Assembly: GCF_013149785.1 (NCBI RefSeq)
Contig: NZ_JABEZU010000002.1
Span: 744,001-808,000, forward strand
Source: Isoptericola halotolerans
GTDB taxonomy: Bacteria > Actinomycetota > Actinomycetes > Actinomycetales > Cellulomonadaceae
Direction of reading: 5' to 3'
DNA: 64,000 nucleotides
Positions within the stretch are counted from its first letter, which is position 1. Each line of letters opens with the position of its first letter. The notes under the pieces are model-generated. The model was not told the DNA's origin. It made no database searches and saw nothing but the letters and a program-made list of their open reading frames with translations. Positions 28,931-36,679 of this stretch are shown piece after piece. Both the position numbers and the translations under genes were made by a program.

Positions 28931-29422
28931 CTAGAGTCCACGGCCTGTGAGGAACCGGTGGGCCTTGTCGAGCAGTGGGGCGGTGAGGCCGACACGGGGT
29001 GGTACTTGCAGGAGCATCGGTTGGCCCTGGGCGTAGTGCTCGGTCACGTAGTGCTGTCGCTCCTGAGTGAGGTCGTCGTCGATCCACGCGAACCGGGTTC
29101 CGCCTGCGAGGCAGCGTTGAACGGTCTTCAGCTTAGGCCAGGTGTCGTGTGGCTCGTCGCTGATCGGGACCTCGCCGAGCAGGGGGAAGTCGTCGAGCCC
29201 GAGAACGGGGGAGACCGTGCGTGCATCCTGCCCCCAGGACGTCAGCCATCGCAGTTCCACCAGCCCACGACGGCTGATGCCGTTCAGGTGCGCGATGACG
29301 TCGGGTCGGTACAGGAGCCGGTATCTCCCGACATGTGCCAGGGCCAGGTCATCGGTGGGCTCATCGCCGTACGGGCTGACGACACCGTCGAAGTCGAGGA
29401 GCAACATAGGTGGGCTGCTCAT
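28931..29422 (-). CDS. HAD-superfamily phosphatase, RNA-repair (HAD_SAK)-like
   Basis: LLLDFDGVV (DxD), WLTSW, conserved Lys in WPKL, FAWIDDD; GGAGG RBS. Confidence 0.8.
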   Translation of the reverse strand: MSSPPMLLLDFDGVVSPYGDEPTDDLALAHVGRYRLLYRPDVIAHLNGISRRGLVELRWLTSWGQDARTVSPVLGLDDFPLLGEVPISDEPHDTWPKLKTVQRCLAGGTRFAWIDDDLTQERQHYVTEHYAQGQPMLLQVPPRVGLTAPLLDKAHRFLTGRGL

Positions 29423-29481
29423 CGGAGCCTCCCGGGCCCATGCGTCGATGATGCGCCTGGAGGTGTCACGGGCTGTGGACT

Positions 29482-29907
29482 CTAGTCGCGGTTGGTGCTA
29501 GTACGGCGGACTTCGAGCGTGATGGGGTCGCGGAGTCTCGTGCCGTGCAGGACGGATAGGACGCGGGAGAGGGCCCGCTCGATGGTGGGTTCGTCGAGCG
29601 TGGCGACCACTTCGGTGTGCCCGAGCGGGTGCTCGCTGATCGTGGCGTGGTAGTCGCCGATCGCGACGGCAAGGGTGTCGTCCTCGGGGTCCGGGGATCC
29701 GGTGTAGGTGACGGTGACGGTGTACGTCGTGCTGGTACGGCCCACCAGGTCGTCGCCGCGGGTCCTAGCGTCGTCGGCGGACGCTACGTGACCTCGGGCG
29801 AGTGCCTTCAACCACTCGGGCGTACGCCGTCCCCGTCGCTGATCGATGGTGACGCGTGCTCGTGCGGCAGCGCGTAGTTCTCGTGGCGAGGTTGGACGTT
29901 CCGTCAT
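29482..29907 (-). CDS. Hypothetical protein (141 aa)
   Basis: ATG at 29907; basic helical N-terminus and alpha/beta C-terminal part; co-oriented with the HAD gene. Confidence 0.6.
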   Translation of the reverse strand: MTERPTSPRELRAAARARVTIDQRRGRRTPEWLKALARGHVASADDARTRGDDLVGRTSTTYTVTVTYTGSPDPEDDTLAVAIGDYHATISEHPLGHTEVVATLDEPTIERALSRVLSVLHGTRLRDPITLEVRRTSTNRD

Positions 29908-29975
29908 GCGATGACCGTAGGCATGCGATCCGGGCTGCGCGACCACATGTTCCACCCGAGTGCGTGTGGTCGGGG

Positions 29976-30078
29976 CCATGGGTCCACACCCACCCATGGG
30001 TCCCCACCCACCCATGGGTCCACACCCACCCATGGGTCCCCACCCACCCATGGGTCCCCACCCACCCATGGGTGGGTG
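29976..30078. repeat. Five 18-bp tandem repeats CCATGGGTCC(A/C)CACCCAC ending in a perfect 20-bp palindrome
   Basis: Units start at 29976, 29994, 30012, 30030, 30048; CACCCACCCATGGGTGGGTG at 30059-30078. Confidence 0.95.
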
Positions 30079-30144
30079 ATGGGTACTCCAGTAGGCCGAC
30101 AATTAGCAATGTGGACAGTTAGTCACGTGTCTATGATGGGGCAT

Positions 30145-30164
30145 CACCCACCCATGGGTGGGTG
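30145..30164. repeat. Second copy of the palindrome CACCCACCCATGGGTGGGTG
   Basis: Read directly; a 14-bp core copy CCACCCATGGGTGG is also at 30221-30234. Confidence 0.93.
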
Positions 30165-30559
30165 TGATTGATGGATGGTGCGGGTGCTCGTGGGAGGGCG
30201 CGTTATGGGGGGGGGGGTGCCCACCCATGGGTGGTCTCTGGTCTATGGAGGTGCGCGACCTCAGTCGTCGTTTCCCCTGCCTCGCACCTGCTGTGCTTGC
30301 AGTGCTATGACCTGGGCTGTCGTGCGCGATGTGGAGATTCGGTGAGAAAATATCGACGTGATGCACGGGGCAACTAACTGTCCTGACCTGCACAGATGAT
30401 ATGACAATGCGTCGCAATGCCGTATTCACAAGCCTATTGCAGCAGGTCCCATCGCCGAGATCGTGGCATACGGGTGTGCGAGGGTCTGTGCGGAACCGAG
30501 AAACGGCTCGGTCTACGAGGTTCACGTGGATCTCGTGCACAGATGAGGAGGGACGCAGA

Positions 30560-30949
30560 ATGCCGACGTACGCGGTGGATGGGAAGCGACAGGACATGGT
30601 CGCGACCGGTGTGGTGGAGCCGGAGATGGAGTGGTTCAAGAATGCTGAGGGGCAGTGGCGCTCCGGCGATGTGCAGGCTCGTCAGGAGGGCACGGGGCTG
30701 CCGCTCTGGGGTGTCGAGGTCGCCTATGCCTCCGAGGAGTGGGGGCGGGTGGAGACCGTCACGGCGATGGTGGTGGTGGGGTCGGCGACGCAGCCCGCTC
30801 CGTCGAAGTTCGCCCCGGTGACCTTTGGCGACCTGGTGGTGAGTGTGCGGGTCGACCGGAATAAGAAGCTGCGGGAGTCGTGGGTGGCGGGGAGCGTCGA
30901 CCTGCCAGCAGGAAAGGCGCCTCGGTCGGCGGGTGCCTCGGATGCCTGA
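30560..30949 (+). CDS. Pra/SCO3933-like AICE protein (possibly ssDNA-binding or regulatory)
   Basis: GAGGAGG RBS; beta-rich 129 aa with TGLPLWGVEV and PVTFGDLVV motifs; first gene of the FtsK operon. Confidence 0.7.
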   Translation: MPTYAVDGKRQDMVATGVVEPEMEWFKNAEGQWRSGDVQARQEGTGLPLWGVEVAYASEEWGRVETVTAMVVVGSATQPAPSKFAPVTFGDLVVSVRVDRNKKLRESWVAGSVDLPAGKAPRSAGASDA

Positions 30950-31769
30950 GGCGCAGGTCCGGGCTGTCTGGATTGCCGTGGTTGCCGCACTGCTTGGTGC
31001 GCTGGTCGCCGTGCCCTTCGCCTATGGGGCGGGCCTGGACCGAGGTGGGGAAGGGGCGCAGGGGCAGGCCGAGGCTTTCGTTGCAGAGCAGGAACTTCCA
31101 GATGGCGTGGTGGTCAGCATCTCCCGCAACTGCGGGGCTGTAGGCCTCACAGGGGTCGATCGAGACAGCGGGCTGCTCGAAGCGTCCGCCTGGGGTGCGT
31201 ATGGGACCCCTGAGCGAATGGGAGCTACTGACACCTACGCGTACATCGAGGCGAGCCCAGACGTCACGAGTGATGGCTCGCACGTCGTGGTTGGAAGGCG
31301 CGGCTCACTGGAGTGGGGCGACGACCCGCTGGCCGAGGCGGTCGGCTTCGCGACGGACCTCGTTTCGTCGTCGTCGGGGGTGCCGATGGAAGCTGCGAGC
31401 TTTGACGCGTGGTGGGCCGTGTCTATGGGGGCTCCATTGATGGGTAGCTGGCCCCGTGTTCTGGTCGATCCAAACCGCCAGGAACGTGTCATGAGACCTG
31501 GCTCTGACGACGCTCACGTCTGCCACTGGGAGGCTGTAGCGGGAGACCGTGAGGTCACAGTCAACGGTCTCGTCGAGGGACGGGATCTGGACCTGATCCT
31601 GGTTAACGTGCAGGCCAAGCCGCTAAGGGACCGCTCCCTCTTCGGCCAACCGGCGGCCTTGCGGGCGCACCGGATGACGATGGTGGGCCAGAACGAGACG
31701 GGGTCGTGGGCATCCCTGCAGGAGTCCGGCCCGGATACTGCGCACCACTGGCGGGGGGTGGCCCAGTGA
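30942..31769 (+). CDS. Hypothetical exported or membrane-anchored protein
   Basis: N-terminal hydrophobic helix with AYG-A/GAG cleavage-like site; overlaps both neighbours. Confidence 0.65.
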   Translation: MPEAQVRAVWIAVVAALLGALVAVPFAYGAGLDRGGEGAQGQAEAFVAEQELPDGVVVSISRNCGAVGLTGVDRDSGLLEASAWGAYGTPERMGATDTYAYIEASPDVTSDGSHVVVGRRGSLEWGDDPLAEAVGFATDLVSSSSGVPMEAASFDAWWAVSMGAPLMGSWPRVLVDPNRQERVMRPGSDDAHVCHWEAVAGDREVTVNGLVEGRDLDLILVNVQAKPLRDRSLFGQPAALRAHRMTMVGQNETGSWASLQESGPDTAHHWRGVAQ

Positions 31770-33100
31770 GAACGATCGGACGTGTCGTGCTCGCCCTGCT
31801 CGCGCTCACATTGCTCTACAGGTGGGCGACGTCCATTCCTCGGGACATCGTGGCGGGCCTGCTCGGTCTGGTCGCGTTGTTGGTGCTGCTACGGCGCCTG
31901 CTGCGGCGAGGGCTCCGCCGCTTGCGTGTCGGGTTGACGCTGTGGCGCCGGTTCGGACGGCGTGGCGGACGCATCGTGAAGCTGGCCCTGAGGGACTGGC
32001 CGGAGGTCGCCGAGCGCTCCGGCCTGACGCGGCGTGCGCGCGACCAGCACGGCGCCAGCGTTAGAGAAGTGCCTCTGGTTCGACACGTGGACCTCAACAA
32101 CGGCAACGCGGTCCTGGAGGTCGAGCCAGTGGGTGGTTCCATCGCGGAGTACTCCGCGCGGGCTGCCGCGCTGGCGGGAGCGTTCGGCGCCGTGCGGGTG
32201 AGCATTGAGCCGGGTCGGTCACCTGGAATGGTGCGCCTGACAGTCGTCGACGCCGACCCCTTGTCCGACACGAGGGTGTCAACGAACCCGTACGTGGTGG
32301 GCGATGGCGTGCGCGTCGCGTTGGGGGTGTTCGAAGACGGTTCGCCATGGGAGCACGACTGGGTTGACGCCTCCCACGTGGCCCTCCAGGGTGCAACGCG
32401 CTCTGGGAAGAGTGTCATTACATACAGCTTGCTCGGGGGCGTCGCGGGCCGTGATGACGTGATCGTGACCGGCGTCGATCCTACGGGCGTCCTGTTTAGG
32501 CCCTGGCTGAATCACCCAGCTTCGGACCTGCGGGTCAGCGGGACGCGAGATATGTCAGCAGCAGCCGCAGTGCTTCACCGGCTGACCGAGATCGTGGACG
32601 CGCGAATTGCGGCGCTGGGTGACCGGGACAAGGTCGAGGCATTCTCGGCGGAGGAACCCTTGCTCTTGGTCGTGCTGGAGGAATACCCGGGGGTTCTCGC
32701 TGCTTCGATGGCGGAGGACGCAGGTCAGGCACGCAAGCCAGCTGAGCGGGTTCAACCCAGGATCAAGCGCAGTGTTCAGCGCCTCGTCCAGGAAGGGGCG
32801 AAGGTCGGGGTCAGAGTCCTCATCCTTGCGCAGCGCATGGACGCCGAGATCATCGGAGGCGCGGAGCGGTCGAACCTTGGTACACGCGTCTCGATGCGTG
32901 TGGATGCCCCGGAAGCGGTCCGAATGCTCCATCCGCAGGCACCGCAGGACGTGCCGGAGCGGATGACATATGCGAGCCCTGGCGTCGCATATGTGGATGT
33001 TCCTGGTCGTGGCGGTCGGTGGACGAAGGCGAATCTTATGGAGTACGGCGACTATCTCGCTGTCGTTCGGGGAGAGAACAAGAATGTGGTGCCGTCGTGA
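31766..33100 (+). CDS. FtsK/SpoIIIE-family ATPase (transfer protein)
   Basis: Two N-terminal TM helices, Walker A GATRSGKS, Walker B LLVVLEE, ILAQR motif. Confidence 0.88.
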   Translation: MRTIGRVVLALLALTLLYRWATSIPRDIVAGLLGLVALLVLLRRLLRRGLRRLRVGLTLWRRFGRRGGRIVKLALRDWPEVAERSGLTRRARDQHGASVREVPLVRHVDLNNGNAVLEVEPVGGSIAEYSARAAALAGAFGAVRVSIEPGRSPGMVRLTVVDADPLSDTRVSTNPYVVGDGVRVALGVFEDGSPWEHDWVDASHVALQGATRSGKSVITYSLLGGVAGRDDVIVTGVDPTGVLFRPWLNHPASDLRVSGTRDMSAAAAVLHRLTEIVDARIAALGDRDKVEAFSAEEPLLLVVLEEYPGVLAASMAEDAGQARKPAERVQPRIKRSVQRLVQEGAKVGVRVLILAQRMDAEIIGGAERSNLGTRVSMRVDAPEAVRMLHPQAPQDVPERMTYASPGVAYVDVPGRGGRWTKANLMEYGDYLAVVRGENKNVVPS

Positions 33101-33132
33101 TCGAGAAGAGAGGCGAGAAGGACTGCGAGGGC

Positions 33133-33306
33133 ATGCTCAAAGTGTCCGACGTCGCGGCGGTCTTGAACGTGTCGACGTGGCAGGTTCGTCACCTCGTTCG
33201 TGGGAGGGGCCTGCCTGCCTACCGGGTCGGCGACCAACTCCGAATCGCACCCGATGACCTGAAGGCGTGGTTGGAGAGCAACCAGGAAGGCGGTACTGAT
33301 GCCTGA
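33133..33306 (+). CDS. Excisionase-type HTH protein 1
   Basis: MLKVSDVAAVLNVS...LPAYRVGDQLRI; alternative GTG start at 33097. Confidence 0.85.
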   Translation: MLKVSDVAAVLNVSTWQVRHLVRGRGLPAYRVGDQLRIAPDDLKAWLESNQEGGTDA

Positions 33307-33505
33307 TCTGCGAGAGCGGCAGGTTGTCCTGACCCAGGGCGAGGTCGCGACTCTGCTCCGCGTGCCGGAAGGGACGCTGCAGGACCTCGCGCGACGTGGA
33401 GATGACAGCATTCCGCGTCCGTGGAAGGTGGGGCGGGCTTGGCGCTGGGCGGCCGACGACGTGTACGCGTATGTCGAGTCCCGCGGGCGGGTGACCTCTG
33501 CGTGA
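33299..33505 (+). CDS. Excisionase-type HTH protein 2
   Basis: LTQGEVATLLRV...PWKVGRAWRW. Confidence 0.85.
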   Translation: MPDLRERQVVLTQGEVATLLRVPEGTLQDLARRGDDSIPRPWKVGRAWRWAADDVYAYVESRGRVTSA

Positions 33506-34680
33506 GCGTGACGAAGCGTACCCGCCTCGGAGTCGACGGTAGTGCCCGTGTCGTGTGGCGAGCGCGGGCCTGGACATATCCGCCTCATGGTGAGCGCAGG
33601 GAGGTCGAGAAGACGTTTAGAACGCGCCGTGAGGCCCTGGCCTGGGAGCGGGAGGCGGCCTTGTCGGCTCGTGGTCGAGACGTCGTGGTTGAACGGCTGC
33701 GGCTTGCGGACGCAGGGCTCTGGGAGCGGGCGGAGCCGGTGCTGCGGTCGCGTCTGTCTCCGAAGACTCTGGACCACTACCGCCGGGGGTACGCGGCGCG
33801 GGTGCTGCCGACACTCGGCGGGCTCGCGCTCGGTGACCTCGCGGTCGGGGACGTCGAGCGCGCGATGGCCTCGTGGGCTGCTGAGGGTGCGGGCCCGTCG
33901 ACGGTCCGGCAGGCGCGTCTTGCGCTCAGTGCTGTCCTCAACGTCGCGGTCCGGGACGGGCTGCTTCGGGCGAACCCGGCGCGCGACGCTCGTCGTCCGG
34001 TAGGGGACTTGGCGGCTCGTCGGGCTCGTCGGGTCGGTCAGACCCTCACGCCGAGCCAGGTGCGGGCCCTGGTGGCTACGATCCGCCGTGTGGCGGGCGA
34101 CCCGTACGCGACGATGGCGGATCTCGCGGCCGGGTCAGGGCTCCGGTATGGGGAACTCGCGGCGCTCCGGTGCGGGGACGTCGACACAGCGGCCGGGACG
34201 CTCCATGTTCGGCAGGCGGTCACGGAGGTGACGCGCGACGACGGTCCTGTGCCTGCGGGGCGCACCCGGGACGGCTCCCTCGTGTGGGGTGCACCGAAGG
34301 GTGGTCGGCAGCGTGTGACAGTCATCCCCGCGCACCTGCGGACGGTGTTGGCGTCGATGGTCGACGGCCGTCGATCGCATGAGCTGGTCTTCGTGTCGGT
34401 GCGCTCGGGGGAGGTGCCGCGTCCGATCCGGCGGAACACGTTCGCGCGGGCGACTCGCTGGACCGAGACGGTTCGAGGGCTCGGGTACCCGGGCTTTCGC
34501 ATCCACGACCTGCGGGCGTGCTTCATCACGAACAGCCTCGCGGCGGGTGTGCCCCCGCACGTCGTCCGGGAGATGGCTGGGCACCATGACCTGACCGTCA
34601 CGAACGGATACGCCCGGGCGCATGACGACGCGCTGACCAGGGCAGCCAAGCAGTTGGACGTGTGGTTCAAGACCGCGTGA
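33502..34680 (+). CDS. int: Tyrosine recombinase/integrase
   Basis: Catalytic set present: GLRYGE (R), PKGG (K), HDLR, AGH, GYA (Y); ends next to att. Confidence 0.95.
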   Translation: MSVTKRTRLGVDGSARVVWRARAWTYPPHGERREVEKTFRTRREALAWEREAALSARGRDVVVERLRLADAGLWERAEPVLRSRLSPKTLDHYRRGYAARVLPTLGGLALGDLAVGDVERAMASWAAEGAGPSTVRQARLALSAVLNVAVRDGLLRANPARDARRPVGDLAARRARRVGQTLTPSQVRALVATIRRVAGDPYATMADLAAGSGLRYGELAALRCGDVDTAAGTLHVRQAVTEVTRDDGPVPAGRTRDGSLVWGAPKGGRQRVTVIPAHLRTVLASMVDGRRSHELVFVSVRSGEVPRPIRRNTFARATRWTETVRGLGYPGFRIHDLRACFITNSLAAGVPPHVVREMAGHHDLTVTNGYARAHDDALTRAAKQLDVWFKTA

Positions 34681-34701
34681 AGGACCCCCGCTCAGCACGT
34701 C

Positions 34702-34723
34702 TGGCGGGCACCGTGGCGGGCAC
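34702..34723 (+). repeat. Putative integrase arm-type sites, right
   Basis: TGGCGGGCAC-CG-TGGCGGGCAC, same orientation as the left copy. Confidence 0.8.
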
Positions 34724-34778
34724 GAGGACGGGCCCGCAGTCAGAAATGAAGAGTGTGTGCGGCGATGTCAGCAACGAA

Positions 34779-34863
34779 AAGGGCGGCCTCGCATCAACGA
34801 GGCCGCCCTCTTTCGTGACGGTGCGCCTGAAGGGACTCGAACCCCCGACCTTCTGCTCCGGAG
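34779..34863. repeat. Right att direct repeat (85 bp)
   Basis: Identical to 26467-26551; includes hairpin AGGGCGGCCTCG-CATCAA-CGAGGCCGCCCT. Confidence 0.95.
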
Positions 34864-34894
34864 GCAGACGCTCTATCCACTGAGCTACAGGCGC
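34822..34894 (-). tRNA. tRNA-Arg (anticodon CCG)
   Basis: GCGCCTGTAGCTCAGTGGATAGAGCGTCTGCCTCCGGAGCAGAAGGTCGGGGGTTCGAGTCCCTTCAGGCGCA folds as a cloverleaf; CCA not encoded; divergent from argS. Confidence 0.96.
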
Positions 34895-35011
34895 GGGCGC
34901 CGACATCGACCGCAGAGCGATCGTTCGGCACGGTCACCGAGACTATCACCGCGGGGCCTCAGGTCGGAAACAGGAGGCGGAGGGCCGTCGTCGGGCCGAT
35001 AGGATCGTCCG

Positions 35012-36679
35012 GTGACACCCGACGAGCTCTCCCGAGCACTCAGCGCTGCCCTCACCTCGGCCGTGGCCGACGGCTCCCTCGACCTGCCTGCCGACGCCGT
35101 GCCGGCGTCCGTGCACGTCGAGCGACCCCGGCAGCGCGAGCACGGCGACTGGGCGACGAACGTGGCGCTGCAGCTCGCCAAGAAGGCGGGTGTCGCACCG
35201 CGGGCGCTCGCCGAGGAGCTGGCGTCCCGGCTGGGCGCGACGCCGGGTGTCAAGGCGGTGGACGTCGCCGGGCCGGGCTTCCTGAACATCACGCTCGACG
35301 CCGCCGCCGCCGGCGAGCTCGCCCGCACGATCGTCGAGACCGGCGCCGTGTACGGCCGCACGGACGCGCTCGCCGACCAGACGATCAACCTCGAGTACAT
35401 CTCGGCGAACCCGACCGGCCCGCTGCACATCGGTCACACCCGGTGGGCGGCGCTCGGTGACGCGATGGTCCGTATCCTTCGTGCCGCCGGCGCCGACGTG
35501 ACGGCCGAGTACTACGTCAACGACGCCGGTGCGCAGATGGACCGCTTCGGCGGTTCGGTGCTCGCGCGGATCCGCGGCACCGAGGTGCCGGAGGGCGGCT
35601 ATCGGGGCGAGTACGTCGCCGAGCTGGGGGCGAAGGTCCTGGCGGAGCACCCCGAGATCGTCGACCTGCCCGACGACGACGCGCTCGCGCTGGCCCGGGA
35701 GTCCGGCTACCGGGTCCAGCTCGCGGAGATCCGCGAGGTGCTGGAGTCCTTCGGCGTGCACTTCGACGTGTGGTTCTCCGAGCGTTCGCTGCACGAGTCG
35801 GGCGCGGTGGAGCAGGCGGTCGAGCGGTTGCGCGAACAGGGCCACGTCGACGACCGCGAGGGTGCGGTCTGGCTGCGCACGACCGACTTCTCCGACGACA
35901 AGGACCGGGTGCTCATCCGGGCCAACGGCGAACCGACCTACTTCGCGGCCGACGCGGCGTACTACCTGTCCAAGAAGGACCGGGGATTCCCGGGGAAGAT
36001 CTACCTGCTCGGGGCCGACCACCACGGGTACATCAACCGCCTCAAGGCGATCTCCGCCGCGGCGGGGGACGACCCGGAGCGGAACATCGAGATCCTCATC
36101 GGGCAGCTCGTCTCCGTCGAGGGCGCCAAGCTCTCCAAGCGGGCGGGCAACATCGTCGAGCTGCGCGACCTCGTCGAGTGGATCGGTGCCGACGCGGTGC
36201 GCTACTCGCTGGCGCGCTACCCGGCGGACACCCCGTTGGAGCTTGCCGGCGAGGAGATGCTCAAGCAGTCCAACGACAACCCGGTCTTCTACGTGCAGTA
36301 CGCGCACTCGCGCACCTGCGCGGTGGACCGCAACGCCGCGGAGCGCCAGGTCCGTCGTCACCACGACGACGGCGCGGACGCGTTCGACCCGGCGCTGCTG
36401 GACCATCCGACCGAGGCCGCGCTGATCGGCCGCCTCACGGAGTTCCCACGGATCGTCGCGCAGGCCGCGGAGCTGCGCGAGCCGCACCGCGTCGCCCGCT
36501 ACCTGGAGGCGCTCGCCGCCGACTACCACAAGTGGTACGGCGAGTGCCGCGTCCTGCCGTACCCCGACGAGCCCGTCGAGGCGGTCCACCGCACCCGTCT
36601 GTGGCTCAACGACGCGGTGCGCCAGGTGCTCGCCAACGGCCTGGACCTGCTCGGCGTGTCCGCCCCGGAGCGGATGTGA
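35012..36679 (+). CDS. argS: Arginine--tRNA ligase
   Basis: SANPTGPLHIGH (HIGH), GADHHGY, KLSKRAG, YVQYAHSR, APERM. Confidence 0.97.
   Translation: MTPDELSRALSAALTSAVADGSLDLPADAVPASVHVERPRQREHGDWATNVALQLAKKAGVAPRALAEELASRLGATPGVKAVDVAGPGFLNITLDAAAAGELARTIVETGAVYGRTDALADQTINLEYISANPTGPLHIGHTRWAALGDAMVRILRAAGADVTAEYYVNDAGAQMDRFGGSVLARIRGTEVPEGGYRGEYVAELGAKVLAEHPEIVDLPDDDALALARESGYRVQLAEIREVLESFGVHFDVWFSERSLHESGAVEQAVERLREQGHVDDREGAVWLRTTDFSDDKDRVLIRANGEPTYFAADAAYYLSKKDRGFPGKIYLLGADHHGYINRLKAISAAAGDDPERNIEILIGQLVSVEGAKLSKRAGNIVELRDLVEWIGADAVRYSLARYPADTPLELAGEEMLKQSNDNPVFYVQYAHSRTCAVDRNAAERQVRRHHDDGADAFDPALLDHPTEAALIGRLTEFPRIVAQAAELREPHRVARYLEALAADYHKWYGECRVLPYPDEPVEAVHRTRLWLNDAVRQVLANGLDLLGVSAPERM

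Larger units (their letters stand above)
26467..34863 (+). mobile_element. AICE-like integrative element (8312 bp between repeat starts) in tRNA-Arg(CCG)
   Basis: att repeats, tyrosine integrase, two excisionases, RepSA-like Rep, FtsK-type ATPase; visibly more A/T-ending codons than host genes. Confidence 0.93.

Noticed and set aside
28687..28950. 87-aa ORF
   Set aside because: No RBS or recognisable motif, and it overlaps the end of the HAD gene on the other strand
29976..30078. CRISPR array
   Set aside because: Units are contiguous 18-mers with no unique spacers, and there are no cas genes in the window
29908..30102. N-terminal extension with PMGG(W/C)G hexapeptide repeats (ORF 29482-30102), superficially prion-like
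   Set aside because: An 18-bp unit keeps several frames open on both strands, the TTG start lacks an RBS, and the dyad symmetry points to a DNA-level function; not fully excluded
26467..34863. Prophage or filamentous phage
   Set aside because: No capsid, terminase, tail or cluster of small coat-like genes; the gene set fits an AICE-like element
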